Positions 1 to 14,040 of a stretch of 64,000 bases of DNA are shown here, one piece after another (the stretch's first letter is position 1; each line of letters starts with the position of its first letter). The notes under the pieces were generated by a model. It was not told the DNA's origin. It did no database searches and saw nothing but the letters and a program-made list of their open reading frames with translations. Made by a program: the position numbers and the translations under genes. Source of the DNA: the human T2T-CHM13v2.0 reference genome, Homo sapiens; NCBI RefSeq assembly GCF_009914755.1, contig NC_060938.1, one strand, 5' to 3'.

Positions 1-1325
1 TCCTGGGCAGGGCAGGTTGATCTGTGCAGGAGGAACCTAACCCTCCATCCCAGGGGCTTGCGCATATATCCGCTGGGTGCTTGCTTGTCTGAGCCGTGCT
101 GTTGGCAGCAGTGCCCGATTTAGTACTCTGCAGACTTCATTAACAGCCTGCCTGTTCCACTCCGAGTTCTTAATGAAGATGTTAAATAAAATGTGATGTT
201 AGTATTGCCATTTGTACAGCACTTCATATTTACCAAGCACCTTTAGAACGTTTTTATTCTTTTCCAAGTGATAGCCCCAAGAAGTCGATTAGTACTGCTG
301 CCCCATTCTACAGAGAGGCAGGCCCTTGGGAGTTCATTGATCTGTTGAAAGCCAGGTAGCCAGCCACCACCCCACCTTCTATCACCAGTGGGCATTACTC
401 ACCCTCTTTTGCCCAGAACTCAATTTGTTGAGCTGCTGTAGCTCCTCAGGGCCCAAGGACATCTCACATTCCTCCCTCCAAATTCCAGACTTTGCTCTCT
501 AAATATTATTCCTCTTCATCATTCTTACAATGTTGTGTTTTCAGTTTGGGAAAGCCTTAGTCTTCTCTTGGTCAATTTGAATGAATTTGCAAGTGAAATA
601 TCCTGATGGACATCAAATGTCTCCCTGACCATCTAAACACACAGCACGCCTCAGGGCCCCTGTTGTCCATCCTGCCTCTTTCCAAAGCCTGTCAATGGCA
701 CTGTGTTTGTGTCTGGCACGATCTGTCTTCTGTAAACAGTCGCAGGACAAACAGCACTGTTGTCTTCCTAAATATGACAGTCGACACCCCCCTACGACAG
801 TTTTTACTTCTGAAACCATAAATCAGAGGCTCCAAGTGGCAGCATCTCTAAAGAACTGAAAGAGGAAGTAAACCTTGTAAAGAAAAGTACAAAAAGCGGC
901 TCAGGTTTGCTTCTCTGAGCCTTGTTGGAGCAGTTGAATAAGGCTTATTAATAGGTTTACTTAGCTCTCTGTGCCTTAGTTTTCTCATATGTTAAATGGA
1001 GCTATTAATGGAAACACAGGTATGTAAAGGGTTTTCTGCTTTAATGACATAAGCATTTTGGGAGGGACTTCTTGCAACACTATTTTTGACTTCACACTTT
1101 TAAAAACCTATCACTAACTTTCTTTTTCTAGCGTACTATGCTGTCTTCATGTTGCCTTCTTTGCGTGTACTTCATTTCTTTTTCTTTCTTCATCCGGCTT
1201 TCTCTTACCTTCTTATCATCTGTCATTGCATTCATTTATTCCTTCTTCCACTGTCCTAAATCTCATCACCTTCTTATTCTGTTCCTTATCCTAGCCCATG
1301 GGAGGGTCCCCTCTGCTATTACTGA

Positions 1326-1941
<616 letters not shown>

Positions 1942-2234
1942 AGGATTACTTCTTGATGGAGGATTTGTGATGTGGTGTGGGAGTACAGAGCGAGGATGAT
2001 GGTGGAAAGATGCAAGGCCCCCTCACTTCGTTATTAGGTGATAGAGGAGAGGGTGACAGTGAGATAGTAAATAGCTGAGGGGATTCTGAGTTCTTTGACT
2101 CAGGGAGCTACCTTCTGGTCCAGGATCAGGTAGTACTGAGGGTTACAAAACAGGTCAAAATGGCCTGGCAACACATTGTAGTTCTTCAATGGAAAGAACA
2201 TTGCACTGAGAATTAGGATTGTTAAGTCAGAAAC

Positions 2235-2926
2235 TGTGAAGGGTCTGAGACTGCAGCCTACTTGCAAGCTAACAAGTTAATCTGCCACAGGTAGATATTA
2301 TATATATGTATATGGTGTATACAGATATATATGGGTGTATAGATATATCTGTATATGTGCATACACACGTACCCACACTGCTGTCAGGGTACATAATGAG
2401 AGAAGATACAAACTCTAGATCAAACACAAAGATCATTGATTACTTATGGCAAATACAGCAATCAAGGTGATCTCTCGCATTAGTTCTCTGAATCCTGATG
2501 CCCATGGGTGATGTGGTAAGGGCCAGATGGTAGTTGCACATATAGTGGAGCCTGTTAAGCAGGAGACACCCCCCGCTCCAGTTTAGAAAATTCTCTGACC
2601 TTATCTAGGGCTGCTGGTGACCTGCTCATACTCTTCCCTGCAGAGAGAGAAGACCTTAACTTTACTCTAGAATATGAGCAAATCTTCAGAGAAAGGAGGG
2701 AGACCTAACTATCCTGGAATGTCTCTGGGGAAGGAGACAGTCTCTATCTTTGTTATACTGGTCAGAAAACAAATCTGCCTTCTGACCTAGAGAGAGACAC
2801 TCTATTTCATTTCCAAGAATTTTTACTATGCAACCAACCCAGAAAAAATTGTCAGTAGAGCCCTTTGCTCAGAGGACTCAAACCGTGCAGAAATGTGAGA
2901 TATTCACAGAGAATTGTCTTCCAAAA
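2235..2926 (-). mobile_element. ERVL solo LTR, LTR53/MER54/MER74-like group
   Basis: Begins TGTGAAGGGTCTGAGA..CCTACTTGCAAGCTAACAAGTTA and ends GAGAATTGTCTTCCAAAA (reverse complement of the TGTTGGGAGACAATTCTC start); degenerate 5-bp flanks GAAAC/GGGAC. Confidence 0.7.
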
Positions 2927-3854
2927 GGGACTCTTAGGTGTGAAGTGAGGGGCTTAGACAACATTAGAGACTTGAAAAATGTGGAATGTGTGTACCACCA
3001 CTCTCCAAATCTATGCCCAAGGCAGCCATCACTAATTAATTGGGGTTTTTTGGTGCAAAACCCTAGGCAGTCTGTACTATACTGATTATTACCTGAGTCC
3101 CCTCTAGCTGTGTGAAATCATATTCTTCACGTTTCCTCCTGTGTTCCATCTTTTCTACTTTTGTGAATCTGTGTATCTATTTATATCTTTATCTGTCTCT
3201 AAGTTGGGGAAAAGGAGAACATCTCTTCTGAGGCAATTTTGTGGTTTAAGATTTTCGTACAAAGCAAGTTCTTAATCCTACCAAATAACATTCTCAATTT
3301 AATCTTTAATCCATGAGAACTGTAGCTATTAACTTAGAGAGGCTTCCCTTGCAAACAGGGATTAATAGAAGAATAGGTGCCTGTTGTTATATCTCCTTCT
3401 CACCATTGGCTATGAAAGTATTCTCCAAATTCCTCTAGAGTGATACATTGGAGCCATCTAACTAAGGAGAAGACTTTAAAAGAAATATGGCGCAGGTGAA
3501 CATTTGCTTGGAGAGGGGAATCCTACATCAGAATAGATACAGTCTGAGACTCCTTCCAACTCTGAGATTCGACCAATGATGCCACCTGGGCACTTGGAAG
3601 ATGTCCCTTTACCTTTGAGTCAATTTGGACTCTACTCCCAGCCCAAGTAATCTTTTCCTTCTTGTGTTCTATACTTCAAATTCTGCGTTTATTCAGTGGG
3701 TAGATGTGGACTTACATAGCTAACATACTGGGGTTTCTACTGAAGACCTGGTTATATTTTATTGCCAGCCACTGAAATGAAAGGAATCAAGAGAATAATG
3801 GGAAAAGTATATGAACTGTGAGTAGGGCATCAAAAGATAGAGGATGCTGATTAG

Positions 3855-3990
3855 CTAAGTGACCTTGGATGCATTACCTAGCCTCCTCGTGCCTCAGGTA
3901 CCTTTCTTGAAAATGAAGAAGTTAAGGCCTGCCTGGCTGTCTATCTCATGGAGATATTGGCAGAGCAAATGAGGTCATGTTCAGTGTATG
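3855..3990 (+). mobile_element. MIR SINE fragment
   Basis: GTGACCTTGGA..TTACCTAGCCTC..GTGCCTCAG..AAAATGAAG core. Confidence 0.65.
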
Positions 3991-4317
3991 AGGTGCCCAG
4001 AAAAGAGATGTTGGTTGAATGCAAAGCTGGCTTTTGCTGCTCTGAATCTCATCAGCCTCTCGTCCTGCTCCAACCCATGGAAGGTCTTCCCTCTGCTGTT
4101 TCTGACTGGGTCATCCCACAGGATTCTGCCCTTTCTCCCCAGCCCCTGTAGGACTATGTCTTATAAGGGCCTGATGGGGGACTTGTGGTGCAGTGTGGGA
4201 CATACAAAGTGATGGTGGAAAAACCCAGTGTCCCCTCAATTTTTTATTGGGTGATGGAGTGGGATGATGGTGAGATTGTGAATAGCTGAGAAGATCTTGT
4301 TTTTTTGACTCAGGAAG

Positions 4318-5222
4318 TGTAAGCATACAAAAAAACAAACTCACTTTCTCGTACTATATATTCACAACACAGTACTTCTGTGACCCCTGGCCGTCAAAAT
4401 GTGTGAGGATTTCTTCCCACCAAGCAATTCTCCAATAGACACCAGCTGGGTGGCCTCTAATTAAATCAGATTCTGACACTGTCTACCTGGAGATAGTGTC
4501 CAGTCCTACAGGTTAAGGGCTCAGTCCCACAAGACGGTCCTCCACTTCAGATGTCAGTTACAAGTAGTAGGTTGCCAACTGTGCTTCTGACCAACTGGCT
4601 ATAAATCGGGGATTCCCACAATCCCCTCCCCAGATTTGATTGATTTGCTAGAGAAACTCACAGAACTTAGGGGAACGCTTTATTTACATCTACCCATTTA
4701 TTATAAAGGATATTACAAAGAATACGTATCAACAGCCAAATGAAAGAGATGCAGAGTGGGAGGTAGGTGGGGAGGGGTTTGGCGCTTCCACGCCCTCTCC
4801 AGCACACCACCCTCCAGGAACCTCGACATGTCCAGCCGTCTGGAAGATCTCTGAACCCTGTCTTTTGGGGTTTTTGTGGAGGCTTCATTACATAGGCATA
4901 ATTGATTACATCATTGCCATTGGGGATCAACTCAATCTTTAGCCCCTCTCTGTTTCCTGCAGGTTGGGGGCTGGATAGAGCTGAAAGTTCCAAACCTCTA
5001 ATCATGCCTTAGTTTTTCTGGCCCCCATCTAGGAGCTATGGTGGAGTCCCCAGCCACTAGTCATTTCATTGGCATATAAAAGACACTATGGAGATTCCAA
5101 GGATTTTAGGAGCTGTATGCCAGAAATGGCATTTTGGGAGGGGGTATAGGAAAATGTTGGGGTGGAGAGTGAGGAGTTGGCAAAGACCAACAAAGACCAA
5201 ATATGTTTTTCACACTGTCACA
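4318..5222 (-). mobile_element. MER21-family ERVL solo LTR
   Basis: TG...CA termini; minus strand begins TGTGACAGTGTGAAAAACATATTTGGTC..CTGGCATACAGCTCCTAAAATCCTTGGAATCTCC as in MER21; degenerate 5-bp TSD GGAAG/GGGGG. Confidence 0.85.
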
Positions 5223-6549
5223 GGGGGCTACTTTCTCGTCAGGAGCAGGTGGCACTAAGAGATACAGAACAGATAAAAATGAGGCTGGCTATGTACACAG
5301 ATGAAGTATAATGAAAAAGGTTCATGGATTAGGTCTGAGATTCTATCCCTGTTGGGTCAATAATTAGTTGGTATGTGACTAATGTATTGGGAAGATGCCC
5401 GGTGGTCTATGATATTGGGATTTTTTTTTCTTTTTGATTCTTTGGGCCTCTGAAGATAATTCAGCAGTTTACCAGAGGAGTACCCATTCTGCCTGCTCCT
5501 TCCCTCTCTAACTTCCTTTCTCCCTCCCTCCACAAATATTTATTTGTACCTTGTTTGTAACTGAAGATAAGCACCTCTGAAATCAGGCCTGTTGGCATAT
5601 GTCTAAATACTCTTTAACTGAGAGACATATATTCACAGAAACGTTTTTATATGTCCATAAACTGACACATAGATTGTCAAATCCCTAATAACAAGGTTCA
5701 AATTAGAATCCTGACACTAATGTTTTCAAATGTTCTAATACAGGTCACCGTTTTTCCTGGTACAACTCTTGTGAGTCTTATGTGTGTGCATGTGTTCGCA
5801 TGCAACTGTGTGAGATGCTTTGTTAATTAACATTGTGAAGCTAAGTGCTCAGTGAAAAAAGTACTAGAGAATTGCATATTGTCATTACAGAATTGTTTGT
5901 AAATACAATCAAGTAAAAGCTGTATTGAAAGAGGTAGGCCTTGTTCAGAGCCGTGTTACTAATCTCAAGTCTAGGGGTTTGCTCTGAGTGTCTTGGTGTC
6001 TTGGTGGCCACATGGATGTTCCTTTACTCTGCTTATTTTCAACACAAGAAAGGTTCTTGCAAAGATGCCTTGGATGAAAAATTCTGCTGCCATGGCTGGT
6101 ATGCAACTCATTTTGCATGGATGTTCTCTCGGTTCTAACCTAGTTTGTGTTCAGGTAATTCTGGTAATGGGACATTTGCCTCTCCCCTGGGGGACCATTT
6201 TTAGTGTCTGTCCATCCAACCAGTTAGTCAGAGAACAGAGCCCTGATGTAAGTAGAGAAAGAGGTATTTGTAGAACTGTGGGAAAAAGAAAAACATAACA
6301 CACTGACCTGTTTTAAGAGTGCAGGGTGGGTTCAAGGCTTTTTTAAATTTGGTTTCCCAAGATGTTGGGGTCACTATAAGCTTCGAGAATGGCTGAGGTC
6401 CAAATCCTAAAAATTACTTTCATCTCAGAAAATTTGATTAGCAATCAGAATAATTGAAGTGTACCTTTCCAGACACTATTTCCTAAATAAAATGTATGCA
6501 TAAGTGAAGTCAGACCTGATTTAAGATGAATCTTTCTTCCATTGAGCAG

Positions 6550-6740
6550 GCAGTGCTTTGGGGATAAAGGGAACTGGTTCCCAACTCCAGCTTTGCATTG
6601 AACTGCTGTGTGATCTTTAAATTTCCTCCTAACAAAATGAGGAGAGTAATACTTTCCCCATGGGCTTGAATGAGAGATAAATGAGGTGAAGCCCCAAGCA
6701 CAATGCCTGTTGCAGTGTGTTCAGCACATGGTCATTTGCT
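6550..6740 (+). mobile_element. MIR SINE
   Basis: CTGGTTCCCAACTCCAGCTTTGC..CTGTGTGATCTT..AAAATGAGG..AAGCACAATGCCTG. Confidence 0.65.
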
Positions 6741-7477
6741 TTCCTTTTCTAGGAAGGAAGCCCGGCTTCCTGGTCTTCTGCTGAGCTTACCCTGGGTTCC
6801 CAGAGGCTCCTTTGGATGCCTTGATCCATGGATATCTTCTAAGATGGTCATGATAATGTCAGTCTTCAAAGTAGCTGCTTTCCCTCCTCTGTACTGCAGA
6901 GACCAGGCACATACAGAGGCCGAAGGGTGGCTCTGTCTCCTAGGGTGGCTGTCACCAGGTGCCACATCATTCTGTGTTTATGGGTTTGCTCTGATAAGCA
7001 GATGAGGGGGGTGCTCATCCATTTTTTAAATTCAAGACATTCAAGTTCAACGTATGAGACACCAGGAGTAATTGTACTATGAACTGACATAAACTGCAAT
7101 GAGGAAAGACCTTCTCTCTTCCCCTGTCTTAGATTGCACGCCAGGATGTGATAATTAAAGCATCTGTCTCTCTCCAGCTCCCCTTATCAGACATCTTAAT
7201 TTATTTACTTGTTAAAAACTAAGAGGAGAATTCATGCTTTGTTGGTTTTCCTCTTTATTCTACTTTCATTGTTACATATTAAGTGATCTCTTGGCAAAAC
7301 GAATACATAACATAGCTATAATTAAATATAATTCTATTTGGTATGGTGTTTCCCTTTCAACCATTGGCAGTTCTTCTAATGACAATGACCTTGTAATTTA
7401 AAACATATCCTAGGGGCATCTGTTTTTATTCTGGACTACTCTGACACATTGGTTGAGGAATGACAATAACAATGGCA

Positions 7478-8185
7478 GGAATTGGGTACAAGTGCAGTTT
7501 TGTTACATGTGTATATTACATAGTAGTGAGGTCTGGGCTTTTAGTGTATCCATCACCTGAACAGTGTACACTGTGCCCAGTAGGTAATTTTTATCCCTCA
7601 TCCCCTCCCATTCTCCCACCTTTTGGAGTCTCTAATGTCTTTATTCTACTCGGTACACCCACGTGTACTCATTGTTAAGCTCCCACTTGTAAGTGAGACA
7701 TGCTGTATTTGACTTTCTGTTTCTGAAATAGTTCACTTAGGATAAATGGTCTCCAGTGCCATCTATATTGCTGTAAAAGACATGATTTCATTTTTTTATG
7801 TCTGAGTAATATTTCATAGTGTGTGTATACATATATGTATACATGGTGTGTGTGTGTATATATGTATGTATATCTCAAATTTTCCTGATCCAGTCACCAG
7901 TTGATGGACACTTAGGTTGATTCTATGACTTTAACTTTGCTATTGTGAATAGTGGCTGCAATAAACATATGAGTGAGTGCCAGTGTCTTTTTAATATAAT
8001 GATTTCTTCTCCTTTGGGTAGATACCCAGTAGTGGGACTGTTGAATCGAATGGTAATTCTATCTTTAGTTCTTTGAGAAATCTCCATACTATTTTCCATA
8101 GAGGTTGTATTAATTTACATTCCTACAGTGTATAAGCATTCCCTTTCCTCCATACCTTGTTGTTTTTTTTGACTTTTTAATAATA
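7478..8185 (-). mobile_element. L1 3' end (L1PB-like)
   Basis: GGTACAAGTGCAGTTTTGTTACATG..CTCCCACTTGTAAGTGAGA..GATGGACACTTAGGTTGATTC..GGGTAGATACCCAGTAGTGGGA. Confidence 0.9.
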
Positions 8186-8646
8186 AAATATGTTTTTCTT
8201 TCTTTCTTCCATGATGGTGCACACATAATAGATTATCAATTTACTCTTACATATTAATTATATTAAAGATACAGATGCATACTAGATGCAACACAGAAGA
8301 AAGATGCCTTGTTTCTGGCCATAGATATGACAGAGAGATCAATAAAGGCCACAGAGTTCTCTTCCTGTTTATTCCTGTGGTTGTTGTTGGGATTTTTTTT
8401 TAGATATAGCAAGTACTCAGCAAATTTTTGCTGAATACATTTACTTAGAACAAAGGGACACTGGCCTCCTCCAGCCAGCCACACATTATTTTATATATAT
8501 TATTATGCAAAACACAGTTGTTCAGTATTGCCCCTTTGCAAGATGCTCCTTGACCTTTATCTAAGGGAATTAACTGCTATTATTATTACTCATTCTTTTT
8601 TATGCTGCCTATTTATATATTTTTTAAACTTGAAAAGGCGAGTTTT

Positions 8647-8968
<322 letters not shown>

Positions 8969-9894
8969 GAAAAGGAGAGTTTTTGATGAAGCACAAATGT
9001 GACTAGACAGTAAGGGAGGAGGCTGTTGGGATGACTGAGAAAAGAAATAAAGAGTGTCTTAGAATCATATAGGTGAGAGAATTCAGAAGTCATTACTGTA
9101 TACCCATTGAAGGGATTAGATTCTCTGAAGGCTTAAACTAGACAGTCTGACTTAATCTCTCTCTTAAAGGAAAAGAGTTGTATTTTTGTTCTTCATGCTT
9201 TTAAAATTATACAAGAAAAAATAAAAGCAAAATTTATAAAAGCAATTTGTATACATTGTAAAAATATTCAAATATTTACAAAACAGCATGAAGAGTAAAA
9301 TTATCTCCTCTGAGTTCCATTCTCTAAGGATAAAACTGTAAAATGCTTCAATTCTTGGCTCTTCTGTTTACTACCAGGATTCTAACATACTTTCTTGTTT
9401 TATAAAATTTAGACAGTAGATTCTGACTTTTTGCTATGAGAGTTTAGGGCCATATACGTAAATGCTATCTTCCACTCATCATTCCTCCTCCGAATTCTCA
9501 GTCGTATTCTTACTTATCCATTATCAAGGTATATTAACATTCACATTCTGTTCCCTAAATGTAATTAGATTTTCACATGCTTTATAGTTGATTCTAAAGA
9601 GTTTGTTTGGATAGAATGCCTACTATTCATTTTTTCATTCATTTGTTTATTTCATTCAACCCACACTGAGAGACTATTTTGTGCCAGGTATGAGCCTATG
9701 TGCAAAGTATGTGCAAGTATTCACAGAATTGTGTGTAAGACAATTGAATGAGTTTTGGGCAGGAGAAGATACTAGATGCATATCTCAATTCTATTTCTAA
9801 AGATGTATTAAAAGAAAATTTAGATGAAAAGGGTTACGGAGAAGGACACTATCATACTTTTAGAGAAAAAGCACCCTGGAAATTGTTTAGATAC

Positions 9895-10120
9895 CTAAAT
9901 ATTGTCAAGTATTAAATAAATTATGGAAACCAGATGGATTGGAATCAGAGCCATTAAAAATTAAAATTTTGAGAACTATTAAATGATGTGATAAAATGTC
10001 ATAATCTAGCAATTTAATAAAATAAGAAACTGGATATGAAACTAGATCTATAATATTATCCCAGTTCTGTAAAATTTTAAAAAGATGATATGGGAAAGAA
10101 ATATCACAAGTGATGACAGA
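9895..10120 (+). mobile_element. Old L1 (L1ME-like) fragment
   Basis: TTAAATAAATTATGG..GGAAT..AGCCATTAAAAA pattern typical of the old L1 3' region; heavily diverged. Confidence 0.45.
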
Positions 10121-10127
10121 GATTTAA

Positions 10128-10445
<318 letters not shown>

Positions 10446-10452
10446 TAAGGTA

Positions 10453-10737
<285 letters not shown>

Positions 10738-10854
10738 AGGTTTCTTCCTTTATACTCACTTTCAATGAGGAAGTGTTATCCTAACTACAAAACAAACAGA
10801 CAAACAACAACAACAACAAACCTATTGTCTTCAAAAAAATAAAAAGTAACAATA

Positions 10855-11280
10855 GAATCATTGCCTTCAAGGACAAGATTCTCAATCTGGTGAAAGAGAC
10901 ATTTTAAGAAGTTCTCATAATGTAAAATGGAATAAAATCAGTGTCTGAGTGTCTGTACAAAGGGATAAGGATGGAGTTTTGATAGGGGTCTGGGCATCAG
11001 AAAGGACATAACAGGTTGCATCATGAAGACTGAGTAGTATTTCTGTGGACAGAGGAGAACATTCCTAGGCGTGAAGGGATGGAAATGAATGTTGAGAAGT
11101 GAGCTATCTGAAATTGCTGGACTAGAGTGTGGGCTAAAAGATGTAGAAAAGAAAGTGGTTTAATGGCTTGTGGAGAACCTTGGATGCTTTGCTGAATAAT
11201 TAGAATTTAATTGAAAGGCCATAGGGAGCTATGGAGAAATTTTTAAAGAGAGGGGTGGACTTGACCTGTATTTTCAGATG
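10855..11280 (-). mobile_element. L2 LINE fragment
   Basis: TTGCCTTCAAGGA..AATCTGGTG..AACATTCCTAGGC..GGCCATAGGGAGCTATGGAGAAATTTTTAA motifs. Confidence 0.55.
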
Positions 11281-11294
11281 CAAAGTAAAGAGAG

Positions 11295-11470
11295 CAACCT
11301 TTGGCACCAGACAGACCTGGAGTCAAAATCCCAGCTCTGCCAGTTCCTTAGGATAGGTTCTTAGACAAATGAGTTAACTCTTCTCTATTTCCTTATCCAT
11401 TAATTGGGGGCAGTGATTTCAACTTTACGGTGTGAACATGAGGATAGAACAACTTAATACAGAGTTTCAA
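11295..11470 (+). mobile_element. MIR SINE
   Basis: TTTGGCACCAGACAGACCTGGAGTCAAAATCCCAGCTCTGCCA head. Confidence 0.75.
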
Positions 11471-11510
11471 TATCATGAATGATGAATAGGTCTTTTTTAA
11501 AGGTAAGAAA

Positions 11511-11614
11511 TAATACCTGGTGATGAAATAATCTGTACAACAATCCCCCATGACACAAGTTTACCTGTGTAACAAACCTGCACATGTACCCCTGCACTTA
11601 AAAGTTAAAAAAAA
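11511..11614 (+). mobile_element. Short L1PA 3' end with A-tail
   Basis: TAATACCTGGTGATGAAATAATCTGTACAAC..AACAAACCTGCACATGTACCCCTG..AAAAGTTAAAAAAAA. Confidence 0.9.
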
Positions 11615-11625
11615 GAAAATATTTG

Positions 11626-11850
11626 GATCCACCTATGACCTATAAGCTCTCTCTTTGAGTTGTTCTGCCTTTCCAGACTGAAGTAATGTATGTCTCACAT
11701 GTATTGATTGATGTCTTCTGTCTCCCTAAAATGTATAAAACCATGTTGTACCCTGAACACCTGGGTCACATGTTCTCAGGACCTCTCACGACTGTGCCTC
11801 ATGCCATGGTCACTCACATTTGGCTCAGAATAAATATCTTTAATTAAAAA
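11626..11850 (+). mobile_element. MER4-group (ERV1) LTR fragment ending at the poly(A) signal
   Basis: ATGTATTGATTGATGTC..CTCCCTAAAATGTATAAAACC..CACATGTTCTCAGGACCTC..GGTCACTCACATTTGGCTCAGAATAAA. Confidence 0.8.
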
Positions 11851-12413
11851 AGAAATATTTGCAGGATCTCACCCCCTAGTCTGTGTTAAATTGTTTCTAT
11901 TATAATGTTAAATATTTACAACTATATTTGTTATAAATTTCTCAAGTTTCGTGCTCTGCTACAGGTATAAAACCAAAACGAGTTTAAACATTATAAACAA
12001 CACAAGCACAATAAAATTAAATGAAGCAGTATTAATTTAATAGGCCCATTTGTAATCAATATGAAAATAAATCTTTGTGGACGATGTGAATATAGTACTA
12101 ACTGCTACAGCCCAGGTTATTAAAGTTTGGCCTTTCCCATACTCTGTGTGTTATGTTGACTCAGTCTTTCCCCACTTTTCTCTACTCCAACTTATTGTTT
12201 ATGCAGTGAACAGTGGTATTATTTAAACTTTGCTTAGCATGAACACATCTTCTATGTATCAGGTCCACCTCTCTTCCTCACTGGCCCATCACTATTAACA
12301 TCTCACCACTGTAGACATGCATGCAAGTGCAAGCATTGAAACTGCATAGCAGGACTCAATTATGTAGTGGTTATCTAGATGATTTTAAAAATGTTATCAG
12401 TATGAAAATTTAG

Positions 12414-12800
<387 letters not shown>

Positions 12801-12804
12801 TAGA

Positions 12805-13366
12805 TGTATCAGTTGGCTATTGCTGTGTCATAAAGCACCCCAAAATTCCGTAGTTTAAATCAACCAGCCATTTATTATTTCTCATGAGTATTAGGTTGGC
12901 TGTACACACCTGCTGATATGGTTTGGGGGCATAATGGGGCTGTCTCTCATCTTTGGTCAGTTGCAGGTGGGCTTGTTGGCTTTGCTGATGTGGCTGAGCT
13001 TCCTCACATCTTTGAAGCCTTGTCTGAGATGGTTTGGCTTTGCTCCATGTGTTTTCTTCACCTCCAGCAAGTTAGCAGAGGCTTGTTTTTAGGGTAGTCT
13101 GGACACATTCTTATGCTGATCACAGAGAAGCAGGGAAAGAAATGGATAAGTGCAAGGTCTCTTTAGGCCTCATGTTAGAGCTGGCAGACTACCACTTCTG
13201 TGGCATTCTATTGATTGAAACAAGTCACAAGGCCAATCCAGATTCATCAGCTGGAGACATAGACTCTATAGTCTATTTCTAGATGAGAGAAGCTACAAAC
13301 TCAAAATTCAAAGAATATGGTTATACGTATGTGTGAAGAATTGGAGGCACTTTTGCAATCAATCCA
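12805..13366 (-). mobile_element. MLT1 (MLT1G/H-like) MaLR solo LTR
   Basis: TGTATCAGTTGGCTATTGCTG..CATTTATTATTTCTCATGAG..CAAGTCACAAGGCCAATCCAGATTC; 5-bp TSD GTAGA (12800-12804 / 13367-13371). Confidence 0.85.
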
Positions 13367-13684
13367 GTAGAGCAGTTAAGAACATTGAAATCTATTAGGA
13401 AGTGACATAGATCTTCTTGGTGAGAGGGATCCTGCCTTAGGAAAGAATGAATGTGTGAGGTGCTCTGCCAGTCTTTGGTGTGGGAGTGAGGGAGAGGGAA
13501 GAGTCAAAGATGGCTTTGAGGAACCTGGGCTTGGGTGACTGAGAAGATGGTAAAGCTACTGAGATGAGATGGTCAGCAGGAAAAGTAGGTTTATATTAGG
13601 GGGCCTGGGGCATGGGAGAGGTCAAAGATGGAGGGAGAAAATAAGTTTAGAGTTTAGCAAAGTGGGACTCTTCCCACAAGGAGA

Positions 13685-14040
13685 AACCTTCTCCACCTAG
13701 TTACACAATAAAATCGCCTAAAGAGCTTTTAAAATTGATAATTGAGTCTCATCCAAGGCCAATTAAGCTTAAATTTCTGGGTAGAGGGCCTGGTATTTTT
13801 TTTAATATTCACAGGAAATCTAATGTATGGCAAAATAGGAATCATTATCTAAATCAGTGTTCTTCTTGTGCCCATACGTTAGAATCACCTGGAAGCCTTA
13901 TGAAAAATACTGATGCCTGGGCCTCACTACCAAAGAATCTATTTAGTGAGTCTGGGATAGGGCCTTGGCATCTGTATTAAAATAAAGTCTGTCTGGATAT
14001 ATGTGATGTAATGTAATGCAGCCAGAGTTGAGAACCACTG
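13685..14040. mobile_element. Two adjacent MER5-family hAT-Charlie elements
   Basis: TTAGAATCACCTGGAAGC..GATGCCTGGGCC..GTTGAGAACCACTG in the second copy (13855-14040); a more decayed copy precedes it. Confidence 0.75.

Noticed and set aside
2318-2355. 13-bp inverted repeat TATACAGATATAT / ATATATCTGTATA
   Set aside because: Lies in TA-rich low-complexity sequence, where self-complementarity arises trivially
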